Below are positions 20,491-31,828 of a stretch of 64,000 nt of DNA, one piece after another. Numbering within the stretch: position 1 is the first letter of the stretch; each line of letters starts with the position of its first letter. The stretch is from Longimicrobiales bacterium (lineage in GTDB: Bacteria > Gemmatimonadota > Gemmatimonadetes > Longimicrobiales > Gaopeijiaceae), in the NCBI GenBank assembly GCA_965248195.1, contig CBDFIQ010000002.1, positions 864,001 to 928,000 of the forward strand, in the 5' to 3' direction. The notes under the pieces were generated by a model that did no database searches, was not told the DNA's origin, and worked only from the letters and a program-made list of their open reading frames with translations. Position numbers and translations under genes: made by a program.

Positions 20491-21796
20491 CCCGATCCCG
20501 AATCTTTTCCGGGTTCCGGAGCTCAAAGAGAAGATTCTCTTTACGCTGTTCATTCTCCTCATTTATCGGTTCGGCGCGCACATCACCGTGCCGGGTGTGG
20601 ATGTGGGGGTCCTGCGCGTGCAGTTCGGAGCGCTCTCGGGCGGAATCTTGGGCATCTACGACATGTTCGTGGGCGGAGGCCTGAGCCGGGCTACCATCTT
20701 GGCCCTCGGGATCATGCCGTATATCTCGGCCAGCATCATGTTTCAATTGCTGGCTGCTGTCTTCCCCACGGTGGAGAAGCTGCAGAAGGAGGGTGAGGAC
20801 GGTCGCCAGAAGCTGACCCAGTGGACCCGCTACACCACGGTAGTCCTGAGTGTCGTCCAGGGCTTCAGCTACGCCGCCTTCCTCAACACCACTGGAGCCG
20901 TTCGGGATCCCGGGTTCATCTTCAATCTAACGACGACGGTGACGCTCACGGTCGGCGCCATATTCGTGATGTGGCTCGGTGAGCAGATCACCGAGCGGGG
21001 GATCGGAAACGGAATGTCGCTTCTGATCTTCTTCTCCATCATCGAGGGCTTCCCGGCAGCCGTGGCTCGGACGTGGGAATCGTTCATCGCTGGCCAGATT
21101 CAAATCTTCGCCCTAGTCGGATTGGTGGTCGTTCTGGTGGGAATTACCGCCGCCGTGGTGGCGATGACGATGGGCTCCCGGAAGATTCCCGTTCAGATTC
21201 CCCGGAAGGTGGTAGGACGCGGGCGGATCCGCGAAGGACAGAAGAGCTTCGTTCCTCTTCGAGTCAACTCCGCGGGCGTCATGCCGATCATCTTCGCTCA
21301 GTCCTTCATCGTGGTGCCGGGGACGATGGCGCAACTCATGGGGCAGACTGGGGGCTTCCTCGATGTTGTTGCAGACATCTTCCAACCCGGCCCCGTTTAT
21401 TACGTCACTTACGGTTTTCTGATCGTCTTTTTCACCTACTTCTACACGGCCATCATTTTCAACCCCGTCGATCTGGCCGAGAACCTGAAGAAGCAAGGAG
21501 CCTTCATCCCGGGTGTGAAGCCCGGGGCGCGGACGGCCGAATACATCGATCGGGTGTTGACCCGTGTCACGCTTCCGGGATCGGTCTATTTGGCGCTCAT
21601 CGCTTTGGTCCCTTTCTGGATCTTCAGCCTCTTCAACATCCAAACGTTTTTTTTCGGAGGCACGGGTCTGCTGATTGTGGTGGGTGTAGGACTCGATACG
21701 GTGCAACAGGCGCAGCAACACCTCTTGCTGCGCCACTATGACGGTTTCATGAAGAAGGGCCGCGTGAAAATGCGTGGCCGGTCTCGATACGTATAG
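20483..21796 (+). CDS. secY: Preprotein translocase subunit SecY
   Basis: ALGIMPYISASI, WLGEQITERGIGNG, GVMPIIFA. Confidence 0.99.
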   Translation: MANPIPNLFRVPELKEKILFTLFILLIYRFGAHITVPGVDVGVLRVQFGALSGGILGIYDMFVGGGLSRATILALGIMPYISASIMFQLLAAVFPTVEKLQKEGEDGRQKLTQWTRYTTVVLSVVQGFSYAAFLNTTGAVRDPGFIFNLTTTVTLTVGAIFVMWLGEQITERGIGNGMSLLIFFSIIEGFPAAVARTWESFIAGQIQIFALVGLVVVLVGITAAVVAMTMGSRKIPVQIPRKVVGRGRIREGQKSFVPLRVNSAGVMPIIFAQSFIVVPGTMAQLMGQTGGFLDVVADIFQPGPVYYVTYGFLIVFFTYFYTAIIFNPVDLAENLKKQGAFIPGVKPGARTAEYIDRVLTRVTLPGSVYLALIALVPFWIFSLFNIQTFFFGGTGLLIVVGVGLDTVQQAQQHLLLRHYDGFMKKGRVKMRGRSRYV

Positions 21797-21820
21797 TCGG
21801 GTCGAGGAGAGGCTTCCACC

Positions 21821-22474
21821 GTGTATGTCATCCTATTGGGCCCTCCCGGCGTCGGCAAAGGCACTCAGGGAATACTGCTCGCGGATGCGATGGGATGGCA
21901 GAGGGTGGTAACGGGTGACCTTCTGCGGGCGGCAGTGGACGCCGGCACCGACTTGGGGCACCAGGCGCAGCGGTTCATGTCTGCTGGTGAGCTTGTCCCC
22001 GATCACCTCATCACCGAGATGGTGAAGGAGAAGCTGACTGCTCTGCCGGCCGGAACCGGTGTTCTCTTCGACGGCTTTCCTAGGACCGAGGCACAGGCCT
22101 CGGCGTTCAGCATGATGCTGGGTGCTCTCGGCCTCGCCATCGACCAGGTCGTCGTTCTGGAGGCGAGCGACGAAGTGCTCACCGCCAGAATCGCCGGTCG
22201 CCGATCCTGCCCCTCGTGTGGCTCCGTCTACAATACGGTCCTCGCTCCGCCTCAGCGGGAGGGCGTGTGTGACAACGATGGCTCTCGCCTGGTTCACCGT
22301 GCCGATGATACAGCCGACACGGCTCGAAACCGGCTGACGGTCTACCGCAGAGAGACGCGGCCACTGATCGCTTATTACGAGGGCAGCAAGGCCATCGTGC
22401 ACTACGTCCAGAGCCACAAGGGGGTGGCGGAGGTCCAGGGCGAGGTTCGCAAGGCCTTGGGATTGGTGGCGTAG
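21821..22474 (+). CDS. adk: Adenylate kinase
   Basis: GPPGVGKGTQ, FDGFPRT, CxxC LID. Confidence 0.97.
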   Translation: MYVILLGPPGVGKGTQGILLADAMGWQRVVTGDLLRAAVDAGTDLGHQAQRFMSAGELVPDHLITEMVKEKLTALPAGTGVLFDGFPRTEAQASAFSMMLGALGLAIDQVVVLEASDEVLTARIAGRRSCPSCGSVYNTVLAPPQREGVCDNDGSRLVHRADDTADTARNRLTVYRRETRPLIAYYEGSKAIVHYVQSHKGVAEVQGEVRKALGLVA

Positions 22475-23245
22475 ATGATTCACCTGAAGACTCCGAAAGA
22501 AATCGACACCATCGCTCGGGGCGGCGCGATCATCGCCGATTTTCTGGTTGAAGTCCGTCCTCGGATTCGACCCGGCGTCTCCACACTGGAACTCGATGAG
22601 TTCGCAGATGCGTTCATCCGTGCCCATGCCGGTGCGGTACCCGCGTTCAAGGGCCTGTACGGTTTTCCCGGGAGCGTCTGTACGTCGGTGAATGAGGAGG
22701 TCGTCCACGGCATTCCGAAGGCCGACCGGAAACTGGAAGACGGGGACATAATTTCGATCGACGTGGGGGTCAAGGTGGACGGTTGGTGCTCCGACTCTGC
22801 CTGGACGTTTCCGGTCGGCGAGATCGACGAGAGCACGCGCCACCTCATGGAGGTGACTGAGGACGCGCTCGACCGAGCGGTGTCCGCTGCCGTTGTCGAG
22901 GGTTCCGTTGGTGACATCGGGGCGGCCGTTGTGACGAGGGTGAAGGGGACGAGCCTCGGCATCATCAGGGATCTGGTGGGGCACGGTGTGGGGCGCGAAG
23001 TGCATGAAGAACCTCAGGTTCCGAACTTTGGCGTTTCTGGTACCGGACCGGCCCTTCGGGAGGGTATGGTGTTGGCGATCGAGCCGATGCTGTCCTGTGG
23101 AACGTCGGAAATTCAGACGCTCGACGATCGCTGGACGGTGGTTACACGGGATAGGACTCGGTCGGCCCACTTCGAGCACACGGTGGCCGTGACCTCGGTT
23201 GGACCCCGAGTTCTTACGGCAGCGCCGGCGGAAGCTCCGGCGTGA
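22475..23245 (+). CDS. map: Methionine aminopeptidase type I
   Basis: SVNEEVVHGIP, GHGVG..HEEP, AIEPM, SAHFEHT. Confidence 0.97.
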   Translation: MIHLKTPKEIDTIARGGAIIADFLVEVRPRIRPGVSTLELDEFADAFIRAHAGAVPAFKGLYGFPGSVCTSVNEEVVHGIPKADRKLEDGDIISIDVGVKVDGWCSDSAWTFPVGEIDESTRHLMEVTEDALDRAVSAAVVEGSVGDIGAAVVTRVKGTSLGIIRDLVGHGVGREVHEEPQVPNFGVSGTGPALREGMVLAIEPMLSCGTSEIQTLDDRWTVVTRDRTRSAHFEHTVAVTSVGPRVLTAAPAEAPA

Positions 23246-23271
23246 AAACCTCGAACTGGTCGGCCCCCACC

Positions 23272-23300
23272 TTGAGCGTGATCAAGCGTTCCACTATCAT
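23272..23300 (+). promoter_or_regulatory. Sigma70-type promoter upstream of rpmJ and the alpha operon
   Basis: TTGAGC (23272-23277), 17-bp spacer, TATCAT (23295-23300). Confidence 0.55.
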
Positions 23301-23338
23301 TAGATGCTCTGCCACAAACGTACGTCAGGGTGCTGAAA

Positions 23339-23455
23339 ATGAAGGTCCGTAGCAGCGTCAAACCGATCTGCGAAAACTGCAAGATCGTCCGGCGGCGGGG
23401 AGTCGTACGGGTTATTTGTAGTCGTAATCCCAGGCATAAACAACGCCAGGGATAG
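23339..23455 (+). CDS. rpmJ: 50S ribosomal protein L36
   Basis: Below the ORF-track cutoff; read by hand as [38 protein letters not shown]. Confidence 0.97.
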   Translation: MKVRSSVKPICENCKIVRRRGVVRVICSRNPRHKQRQG

Positions 23456-23495
23456 GCGGCAGCGGGCTTACCCAGGGAACTGACAAGAAGGCCGG

Positions 23496-23876
23496 ATGGC
23501 ACGAATCGCGGGTGTGGATCTTCCGAAGGAAAAGCGGATCGAGGTCGCTTTGACCTACCTATACGGCATCGGTCCGTCGCGTTCGCGAGCGATCCTCGAG
23601 AACACGGGAGTGGATCCGGATCGCCGTGCGGTCGATCTCACCGATGACGACGTAAACAAGCTGCGTCAGCAGATCGAGGGTAACTACAAGGTCGAGGGTG
23701 CCCTGCGCACCGAAGTTTCCATGAATATCAAGCGTCTCATGGACATCGGCTGCTACCGGGGTCTCCGGCATCGACGCGGCCTTCCCGTGCGGGGGCAGCG
23801 CACTCACACGAATGCTCGGACCCACAAGGGCCAGAGACGGGCGATCGCCGGGAAGAAGGCGGCGCCGAAGAAATAG
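23496..23876 (+). CDS. rpsM: 30S ribosomal protein S13
   Basis: [24 protein letters not shown]. Confidence 0.98.
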   Translation: MARIAGVDLPKEKRIEVALTYLYGIGPSRSRAILENTGVDPDRRAVDLTDDDVNKLRQQIEGNYKVEGALRTEVSMNIKRLMDIGCYRGLRHRRGLPVRGQRTHTNARTHKGQRRAIAGKKAAPKK

Positions 23877-23935
23877 GCCGGCGAGTGTTAAGGGTCAGAG
23901 AGGAAGTTTCGAATAGGAAGTGAGGACCAAACGAA

Positions 23936-24325
23936 GTGGCTGATGAGAAAACGCCGCGCAAGCGGAGCAAAAAAATCGTCGAGGCGGAAGGGCTCGCGCA
24001 TATCAAGGCGACCTTCAACAATACGCTGATCACCATCACCGATAAAGCTGGAAATACGGTGGTGTGGGGCAGCGCTGGAAAGGCCGGTTTCAAAGGCTCC
24101 AAGAAATCGACGCCCTTTGCCGCTACAGTAGCGGCGGAGCAATGTGGCCGCGAAGCCCTCGCACTGGGTGTCCGGCGGGTCGACGTGCGCGTTCAGGGGC
24201 CTGGCTCCGGGCGAGAGTCGGCCATTTCAGCGCTGGCGGCCGCAGGAATCCAGATCAAATCCATCCAGGACGTCACGCCGCTTCCTCACAATGGATGCCG
24301 CCCTCCTAAGAAGCGCCGGGTCTAA
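23936..24325 (+). CDS. rpsK: 30S ribosomal protein S11
   Basis: [26 protein letters not shown]. Confidence 0.98.
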   Translation: MADEKTPRKRSKKIVEAEGLAHIKATFNNTLITITDKAGNTVVWGSAGKAGFKGSKKSTPFAATVAAEQCGREALALGVRRVDVRVQGPGSGRESAISALAAAGIQIKSIQDVTPLPHNGCRPPKKRRV

Positions 24326-24333
24326 CAGACAGC

Positions 24334-24969
24334 ATGGCACGATACACGGGACCCGTTTGCCGACTCTGCCGCCGCGAGGGGCAGAAGCTTTTTTTGAAGG
24401 GCCAGAAGTGCTACACGGAGAAGTGCGGCATCGAACGTCGCGCCTATCCTCCGGGTCAGCACGGCCCCGCGCACGCACGCAGGCGCAAACAGTCCGACTA
24501 CGCCGTCCGGCTTCGCGAGAAGCAGAAGGTGAAGAGGATCTACGGACTCCATGAAAAGCAGTTCCGGAATCTGTTCGAGCGGGCGTCCACACGGGATGGA
24601 ATCACGGGCGAGAATATGCTGATCTCTCTGGAGGTCCGGTTGGACAACGTGATTTTCCGGATGGGCTTCGCACCGAGCCGCAACGCCGCCCGGCAGCTCG
24701 TTCGGCACCGCCACGTCGAAGTCAACGGGCGTGTCGTAGACGTACCCTCCTACCAGGTGGATGCCGGGGACGAGGTGGCCATCAAAGCCAAGTCCAAGGA
24801 TTTGGCCACGGTGCAGGTGAGCCTGGAGGCTCGAACTCGCCCGTCCTTGGTGGAGTGGCTCGCCCTAGATGAAAAGAACCGCGTCGGCCGGATGACTCGT
24901 CAGCCTACGCGCCAGGATATCCCTCTGGCCGTCCAAGAACAGCTCATCGTGGAGCTCTACTCGAAGTGA
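24334..24969 (+). CDS. rpsD: 30S ribosomal protein S4
   Basis: MARYTGPVCRLCRREG, RLDNVIFRMG, IVELYSK. Confidence 0.98.
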   Translation: MARYTGPVCRLCRREGQKLFLKGQKCYTEKCGIERRAYPPGQHGPAHARRRKQSDYAVRLREKQKVKRIYGLHEKQFRNLFERASTRDGITGENMLISLEVRLDNVIFRMGFAPSRNAARQLVRHRHVEVNGRVVDVPSYQVDAGDEVAIKAKSKDLATVQVSLEARTRPSLVEWLALDEKNRVGRMTRQPTRQDIPLAVQEQLIVELYSK

Positions 24970-26027
24970 TGGAGACCCCCGTGCAGATCGATTTAACCGG
25001 TTTAGTACTGCCCGAGCGCATCGAGGTCACACAGGCCTCAGAAGATGGAAGCCGGACGGAGTTCGTGATCGAGCCTCTCGAGCGCGGTTTTGGCCACACG
25101 CTCGGAAACTCAGTGAGGCGGGTCCTGCTCTCGTCGCTTCGCGGAGCCGCGGTTTGGGCCTTCCGGGTCGACGGTGTCATGCATGAGCACCAGACTATTG
25201 AAGGGGTGGTCGAAGACGTTCATCAGATCATTCAGAATTTTAAGTCTCTCGTCGTCAGTTTGGACGAGGACGTGTCCGAGGCGACGCTTGCGTTCCGCGT
25301 GACTCAACCGGGCCCGGTAACGGCCGCCGCTATCGTGCCCGTGAGTGGCGTGACGATTCACGAGCCCGACCATCACCTGATGACGGTTCACGACAAGCGC
25401 AAGATCAACATCGAATTGCACGTCAAGAAGGGGCGGGGTTTCGTACTCGCCGATCAGCATGAGTTGCCGAAAGGAGCTCCGGTGGACATGGTGCGGATCG
25501 ACGCGATCTTCAATCCCGTCCGGCGTGCCAACTTCTCGGTTGAGGAAACACGGGTCGGACAGCGTACCGACTTCGATCGTCTTACGCTCGTGGTCGAGAC
25601 GGACGCGTCTGTGGATGCGGAGTCTGCGGTTCAGTATGCGGCCGCGTTGGTTCGTAAACATTTCGAGTTCATGCTGTACTTCGGGGAGGGCGGCGTGCCA
25701 ACGGTGACTGTTCCGGGGGCAGTGGAAGTGCCGGAGCGGCTGCGCGACCTGTTCGGCCGTCCTATCGAGGATCTCGCAGAGTTGAGCGTCCGATCCCGTA
25801 ACTCGCTTCAAAAGGAGAACATCCAGACACTGGGCGACCTCGTTCAGCGTACCGAGGACGAGATGCTCGGGATCGAGAACTTCGGTAAGAAATCCCTCAC
25901 AGAGATCACTGCTTTCCTTGATGAGCATGAGCTGCAGTTCGGAATGCACTTCAAGTCTGGCGACGACGGCCAGCTGTTCATGGTCGAGGAAGATGCGGTA
26001 GAAGCCGCAGAGACGAGCGAGGAGTAG
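24969..26027 (+). CDS. rpoA: DNA-directed RNA polymerase subunit alpha
   Basis: [38 protein letters not shown]. Confidence 0.98.
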   Translation: METPVQIDLTGLVLPERIEVTQASEDGSRTEFVIEPLERGFGHTLGNSVRRVLLSSLRGAAVWAFRVDGVMHEHQTIEGVVEDVHQIIQNFKSLVVSLDEDVSEATLAFRVTQPGPVTAAAIVPVSGVTIHEPDHHLMTVHDKRKINIELHVKKGRGFVLADQHELPKGAPVDMVRIDAIFNPVRRANFSVEETRVGQRTDFDRLTLVVETDASVDAESAVQYAAALVRKHFEFMLYFGEGGVPTVTVPGAVEVPERLRDLFGRPIEDLAELSVRSRNSLQKENIQTLGDLVQRTEDEMLGIENFGKKSLTEITAFLDEHELQFGMHFKSGDDGQLFMVEEDAVEAAETSEE

Positions 26028-26037
26028 CCCTGCGAGC

Positions 26038-26391
26038 ATGAGGCACCGCAACAAGGGCCGGGCCCTTTCCCGGACGGCGAGCCACAAGAAGGCGACGATG
26101 CGGAACATGGCGACGTCTCTCTTTCGCCACGAACGGATCGAGACGACGACTGCCAAAGCAAAGGAATTGCGTCCGTTCGCCGAGCGGTTGATCACGCTCG
26201 GCAAACGCGGGGATCTCCACGCACGTCGGCTCGCGGGCCGTCTGATTGCGGACCGCCAAGTCCTCGGCAAGCTATTCGACGATATTGGTCCCCGTTTTAT
26301 GGAACGGGCCGGAGGCTACACGCGCATTCTCAAGCTGGGAAATCGGCGGGGTGACGCCGCGGAGATGGCGCTGATCGAGTTGGTCGATTAG
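26038..26391 (+). CDS. rplQ: 50S ribosomal protein L17
   Basis: [21 protein letters not shown]. Confidence 0.98.
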   Translation: MRHRNKGRALSRTASHKKATMRNMATSLFRHERIETTTAKAKELRPFAERLITLGKRGDLHARRLAGRLIADRQVLGKLFDDIGPRFMERAGGYTRILKLGNRRGDAAEMALIELVD

Positions 26392-26490
26392 ACTGGCGGC
26401 ATCTCGAATATCACGGACGGATCAAAACGGGGAGCACGGCTAGTCATGCTATCGTTCGGATCGCGAAGAGGGAAGGCTGGTGCCAGAGCC

Positions 26491-26985
26491 ATGCCGTTGA
26501 TGGTGGTGGCGTTTCTCTCGGCCGCAGGGTTGATGGCTTGGCTGCGGGTCAGGGCTGCTCCGGTGGAAGTCGAGGTGGTGGAAGGCGCCTCCGTCGTCGA
26601 GGAAAACCCGTCGACGCTCGTAGCCATCGATGTCTTTGGTGCGAATCCCATGGCGCAGGCGGACATGCTCATCGAACTGCGCGGTTTACTCGTGCAGAGC
26701 CTCGTAGGATCGGAGGCGTTTTTCCTCGAGGTTCCCATTCAGGGCTCGTACCTGGCAAGGATGCTTCCGGAGGTGGTGGCGGGTGGCGTGGTCGTCGAGG
26801 GCGGCGCGACCGTGTCGGTGACCGGAATGGTGTATGCCATGTCGAATCCGGATAGTGTGGCCGATTCCTGGATCGCCAGCGGTAGCATTGCGGAGGGGGA
26901 TAGGATTCTTGTCCAATTCGCTGAGTCGTTCTTCGAGGTCGAGAAAGTGACGGTTACAGCGGAGCCCGAGCCCGACGCCAACTGA
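26491..26985 (+). CDS. Hypothetical membrane-anchored protein (alternative start 26446)
   Basis: N-terminal hydrophobic helix followed by a beta-rich acidic domain; fills the rplQ-rpmB gap. Confidence 0.6.
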   Translation: MPLMVVAFLSAAGLMAWLRVRAAPVEVEVVEGASVVEENPSTLVAIDVFGANPMAQADMLIELRGLLVQSLVGSEAFFLEVPIQGSYLARMLPEVVAGGVVVEGGATVSVTGMVYAMSNPDSVADSWIASGSIAEGDRILVQFAESFFEVEKVTVTAEPEPDAN

Positions 26986-27007
26986 CGAACTCCGCGGGAG
27001 AAAAGGT

Positions 27008-27223
27008 ATGGCCCGAATATGTTATATGTGTGGCAAACGACCGCGGACGGGAAACAATGTCAGTCACGCCCACAACAAGACCAAGCGCCGCTGGCTGCCG
27101 AATCTTCAGACGGTCAAGATCATTACATCCGAAGGGGACCGGCGTCGCGTGCGGGTATGCACGACATGCATCAAGGGCGGGAAAATCCTAAAGGCGCCGC
27201 CCATGAGGGTGGTCGAGGCGTAA
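27008..27223 (+). CDS. rpmB: 50S ribosomal protein L28
   Basis: [26 protein letters not shown]. Confidence 0.97.
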   Translation: MARICYMCGKRPRTGNNVSHAHNKTKRRWLPNLQTVKIITSEGDRRRVRVCTTCIKGGKILKAPPMRVVEA

Positions 27224-27278
27224 AACCGGCCTCCGGATCAGTCCGACCTCGTCTGGACCTGGCGGGTATGTTGGGCCG

Positions 27279-28088
27279 ATGAATGCCACGCAATCGTCGG
27301 ACCTGGCGACCGGGTTCCATCCCCTGATCGGTCGAACCCTCGTCGTTACAAGGGCGGCGTCTCAGGCCGATGGATTGGTCGCGGCCTTGGAGGCCTTGGG
27401 CGCGAGGGTGGTCCGTCTTCCGGCGATCAGAGTCGAGCCTGCAGTGGACCAGGCGCCGCTACGGCGCGCCGTGCAGGGAGCCTCAGGCTACCATTGGGTG
27501 ATCTTTACCTCGGCCAACGGTGTCGATTTCTTCCGAAGAGCGGCGGAGGATCTTGGGATCGATGTGAACGGCGCCCTTGCCTCGACACGCCTGTGCTGCA
27601 TCGGGCCGCCCACAGCGAACGCCATCGAGGCTCTCGGCCTCACGGTTGAGGTCGTCCCTGAGACCCATAGGGCCGAAGCCGTGGTCGAGGCGCTCTCGGG
27701 CCGGACGTCGGTTCGTGGCCAACACATTTTGATCCCGACGGTGGCCGGGGCCAGGCCCGTCTTACGAGCCGGCTTGCGGGAACTGGGTGCCGAGGTAGAT
27801 GAGGTGATCGCGTACAGAACCGTCTTCGTCGAAGAGGCAAGCACCGGGGTCCTGAAACAGCTCGAAAATGGGGTGGATCTCGTGACGTTCACCTCTCCGT
27901 CTACCGTACGGAGCTTCCATCGTTTGGCGGGTGGCCAAGTCGTCCCGGACGCGGCCGTGATCGGGCCGGTGACGGCCGATGCTGCCCGCGAGTTGGGGTA
28001 TCGGGTTGCGGTGGAAGCGGATCCGTTCACAATTTCAGGATTGGTTGAGGCGATCTCGCGTCACTTTGAAGAGGATGAACATGGGTGA
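27279..28088 (+). CDS. hemD: Uroporphyrinogen-III synthase
   Basis: LVVTRA, WVIFTSANGV, CIGPPTA, FTSPSTV, IGPVTA. Confidence 0.9.
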   Translation: MNATQSSDLATGFHPLIGRTLVVTRAASQADGLVAALEALGARVVRLPAIRVEPAVDQAPLRRAVQGASGYHWVIFTSANGVDFFRRAAEDLGIDVNGALASTRLCCIGPPTANAIEALGLTVEVVPETHRAEAVVEALSGRTSVRGQHILIPTVAGARPVLRAGLRELGAEVDEVIAYRTVFVEEASTGVLKQLENGVDLVTFTSPSTVRSFHRLAGGQVVPDAAVIGPVTADAARELGYRVAVEADPFTISGLVEAISRHFEEDEHG

Positions 28089-29469
28089 CCTGGGCGGGTC
28101 CCCGGTTCCGGGGGCGGACCGTACGGCCCCCGTTCAGGGAGAAGACCATACAGCCGTGGGGGGGAATGCGATTCTGGACCCAGTGATCCTTCGGCTCGCC
28201 GTCCTCACCTATTTGGTCGTTTTGCCGGTGGGCCACCTCCTGACCCTACCCGTAAACGGCACGACGGCGGTGGGGAGCGATGTTTTCCTCAGCTTGATCT
28301 TGCTCGCAGGCCTCATCGAACTCGGTCGTATGAGTGGCCCTTACTTTACCCGGGGGGTCGAGAGATTACCGTTGCTTCCGGGACGCCGCGCCTTCCACAT
28401 GGCGGCCCTCTTTTTTATGTCCTTCAGCGTTTGGGTGGCACTCGGTTCGATTTGGGCTTCCCAACCGAGCTACGCTATAAGCAAGGGCTTTGCTTTCGCG
28501 GCGTTGGGCATGGGCGCCCTGGCCATCCTGTGGTGCGGCGCTGGATGGGGAAGGGCCGCCGATGCGTGGCTCTTGGGCACCGCAATTTGCCTGGTCGTGA
28601 CCTGGATCGGCGTCCTCTTGGGCCCCGATGCCCTTCAGACGCGCCTGCTTTATGACGGAGGGTCCATTCGCGGCCTTCCGGTGCCGCGCGTGTCGGGACC
28701 CTTCCCTCACCCGAACATGTTCGGGGATTATCTGGTGGTGTCCGGTGCCATCCTCTGGGAGAGAAGGAGCGCTTTACGGGAGAGGTGGGGACGGGGCGCG
28801 GTTGCCGCGGCGTGGCTCCTGGCCGCTACACTGCTCACCACGGTTTCCTCCGCCTGGCTCGGCGCCGGTGTACTGCTGACCGCTATCGGCCTCCTCACGA
28901 TGCGCCAGCGGGATAGGCCCTTGGCCATCCAGTGGAAAAGGCCAGCTCCGGTCATTTTGGTGGTCACGGGCATCATCCTCTTCACGATGACGCTGGCGGC
29001 GCTCCTCATTCCGATGGGAGTTGAGGTCGCGGGGCTTTCGATCACGGGGAGTGGAATCAGGCCCGCCATCTGGGCCTCGGCTCTGGAAACATTCAAGGAG
29101 GCACCCATCGGGGGCGTGGGCGCGCGTCCATTTTTGGCCGTCGCGGCCGACCCACTCAGCGCGACGAGCGCCGCGGCCGTCTGGGACGCGCATAATGTCT
29201 ACCTGAGCATCCTCGGCCAGTTCGGGCTGGTCGGGGCCGCCCTGTTCGCCGGGGGCGGGCTGGTGCTCACGTGGACGCTGTTTCGGGAAGGAGCGACGAG
29301 CAGACATGCCGTGCTGCTCGTCGCCCTGTTGGCCGCGGCAATCCATGGGGTCGCGAGCGCCAGCGAGGAATTTCGACACCTATGGGCCTTGCTAGGCCTC
29401 GTCGGCTTGGCGAGTGTCCCGCGGTGGGCCCACGGCCAGTGGTGGAAGGAAGAGGGTTCTCAGGAGTGA
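28081..29469 (+). CDS. O-antigen ligase/polymerase (Wzy_C) family membrane protein
   Basis: Multi-TM; RVSGPFPHPNMFG, R..IW, PIGGVG, AHNVYL..LGQFG. Confidence 0.75.
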   Translation: MGDLGGSPVPGADRTAPVQGEDHTAVGGNAILDPVILRLAVLTYLVVLPVGHLLTLPVNGTTAVGSDVFLSLILLAGLIELGRMSGPYFTRGVERLPLLPGRRAFHMAALFFMSFSVWVALGSIWASQPSYAISKGFAFAALGMGALAILWCGAGWGRAADAWLLGTAICLVVTWIGVLLGPDALQTRLLYDGGSIRGLPVPRVSGPFPHPNMFGDYLVVSGAILWERRSALRERWGRGAVAAAWLLAATLLTTVSSAWLGAGVLLTAIGLLTMRQRDRPLAIQWKRPAPVILVVTGIILFTMTLAALLIPMGVEVAGLSITGSGIRPAIWASALETFKEAPIGGVGARPFLAVAADPLSATSAAAVWDAHNVYLSILGQFGLVGAALFAGGGLVLTWTLFREGATSRHAVLLVALLAAAIHGVASASEEFRHLWALLGLVGLASVPRWAHGQWWKEEGSQE

Positions 29470-30803
29470 TCCGCGCAGCAAGCGGCTCAGCGCTGGTGCT
29501 CCTGGCGGTCGTCGCTTCGGCACTGCTCGGCCTCTCGGTCATCGAGAGGCCCGGTGTTGCGCTCCCGTTCTCCGTCGAGTTGATCCTGCTTCTTGCGCTC
29601 ACGTTGTGGGGACTCTCCCGGGAGCCCGACCTCGATATTCGCAAGTGGCTGGTTCGACTGGCGCTGGCGGCCCTGGCACTCCGGTTGCTTGTGGTCCTGG
29701 TCGTCCAGTTCAGGCTTTCGCCGTACTTTTTCGCTCCCGATGCCGAGGGCTATGAAATAATCGGTCGGGCGATCGGCGATCATTGGGCCGGTGAGGGTCT
29801 TGCTCCGAGGGCAATCCGAGAGGGGTGGCGTCCTGGTTATTACCACCTCAACGCCGTGTTCTACTCGGCGTTCGGCGACTCCCGGCTCGCGCTGGTCGTT
29901 CTCAATATTTTCGCGGGCGTGTGGACGGCGCTCATCACGTTTTATCTCACCCGGGAGTTCCTGCCGGTCGCCTCCGCCAAGGTGGCTGCAATACTCACCG
30001 GCGTTTTTCCGTCCTTGGTGCTCTGGTCGGTGCTCAACATTCGAGATGCGTTGGCCGCCCTCTGTACGGTGGTGCTCGTGCTGTACGGTATGCGTCTTTC
30101 CAAGAGATTCCGGGTGTCTCACGTCTGGATTTTCGCCATGGCCTTACTCGGCCTGGGTCTGCTCAGGGACTACATGGCCTTCCTCGTCGTCCTGGGGCTC
30201 GCGATCGGAAGTGTGACCGCGGTCCGTCCGGAACGCATGTTCGGGACGATGTTGTTCGGTACCACGGCCGCGCTGACGTTGACCTACTTTGCGGATCAGG
30301 TTGGCCTTTTTACGGCCATACGCCCCGAGGGACTTCTCGAGACAGCGCAGGTTCTGCGGGTCGGACTACAGCAGGGTGCTACCTCTGCGTTCGGCGTGGG
30401 AGCGGAGACCCGTACCATCGGAGCGGCTCTCGGATACATACCGATCGGGGGCTCTTACCTACTTTTTGCGCCCTTCCCGTGGGCTGTCGAAACCCCGCTT
30501 CAGGCGACGGCGAGGTGGGAGATGCTCCTCTGGTATCCTCTTTTCCTGGCGTCGATTCTCGGGTTCCGAATCACCCTCCGAGATCGCTTGACCACGGGGT
30601 TCTTTCCCATATCCGTGCTTCTGATCGTCGTGTCGAGCTATGCCCTGGTGGAGGGAAACTTCGGTACGGCGTATCGGCATCGGGCCCAGATCATGCCGCT
30701 CTTCTTCGTTTTTTCGGGCGTCGGCCTCTTCTGGATCAAGGTCCGGATCATCAGCCAGACGCAGTGGTGGCGGACTAGGACCCAGTTACGGTACCGAAGT
30801 TAG
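29466..30803 (+). CDS. Polytopic membrane protein, GT-C/polymerase-like
   Basis: Many TM segments; PDAEGY, FPSLVLWSVLNIRDA, NFGTAYRHRAQ motifs. Confidence 0.6.
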   Translation: MIRAASGSALVLLAVVASALLGLSVIERPGVALPFSVELILLLALTLWGLSREPDLDIRKWLVRLALAALALRLLVVLVVQFRLSPYFFAPDAEGYEIIGRAIGDHWAGEGLAPRAIREGWRPGYYHLNAVFYSAFGDSRLALVVLNIFAGVWTALITFYLTREFLPVASAKVAAILTGVFPSLVLWSVLNIRDALAALCTVVLVLYGMRLSKRFRVSHVWIFAMALLGLGLLRDYMAFLVVLGLAIGSVTAVRPERMFGTMLFGTTAALTLTYFADQVGLFTAIRPEGLLETAQVLRVGLQQGATSAFGVGAETRTIGAALGYIPIGGSYLLFAPFPWAVETPLQATARWEMLLWYPLFLASILGFRITLRDRLTTGFFPISVLLIVVSSYALVEGNFGTAYRHRAQIMPLFFVFSGVGLFWIKVRIISQTQWWRTRTQLRYRS

Positions 30804-31828
30804 CGAGCACGTCGTCCGATATACGGGAACTCCCGCCATCGGTCTGGCCCCTCGTGGCGGGGCGTTGCTCACTCTTGAAACACGGCTGCAGACGGCCGGA
30901 CGCTGACCCGGGATCTTGCCACGTCCGTACCGTGCGGTGAGCTTTTGTCGAAATCACGGCTGCCAAGGATTACGCCTGACGTGAACCCGCCCGGCACCAT
31001 TCTCTTGCTCCTGGTCGGGAGCCTGGCTCTGCTCACCTCGGTGATGCTTACGCCCGTCATTCGGCGAGCCGCCCTGAGGTCGACCCGCCTATCCGCGGCG
31101 TCGCCGGAGCGTTGGCACCAGAGGCCAACGCCCAATTTCGGCGGAATAGCGATCTTCGTGGGATTCGCGGTAGCCGTCGTGCTGGAGACGCTTCTAACCT
31201 CCGGGGACCTGTCAATTCGGGAGGTCTCGGCGCGCGCGGTTGTCCCGCTCACCCATCGGGACGGGCTGCTCCTCGCCGCGGTTATGATCTTCGCGCTCGG
31301 CCTCGTCGACGATCTCGTCCAACTGAGGCCCAGCACCAAGCTGGTCGGCCAACTCGCGGCGGCTTCGGTGTTGCTCATGAGTGGCGTCGGCGTTTGGCTG
31401 ACCGGGTATTACGTCGTCGACGTGATGATCTCCCTGTTCTGGTTCATCGGAATCACGAACGCTCTCAACCTGCTGGACAATATGGACGGGTTGGCGGGTG
31501 GCGTTGGCGCCATCGCCGCCTCGTTCATGGGCGTCAATTTTCTGCTGGCGGGCGACGTCGAATTGGCGGGGGTGGCGTTCGCCTTCGCAGGGGCACTGGT
31601 GGGATTCCTCGTCCACAACTACCCGCCGGCCCGTATCTTCATGGGCGACAGCGGCTCGCTATTCACGGGCCTGGTGCTCGCCGGCCTCGCGCTCTCGCCC
31701 GCGCCCGGGCTGTCCCGGAGCCTTTTTGCGGTCGTCATCGTTCCTGCCATCGTACTCGCCGTCCCGATCCTCGACACGACTTTCGTAACCGTCACGCGCC
31801 TCCTGGAGGGCCGACCGGTTTCGAAGGG

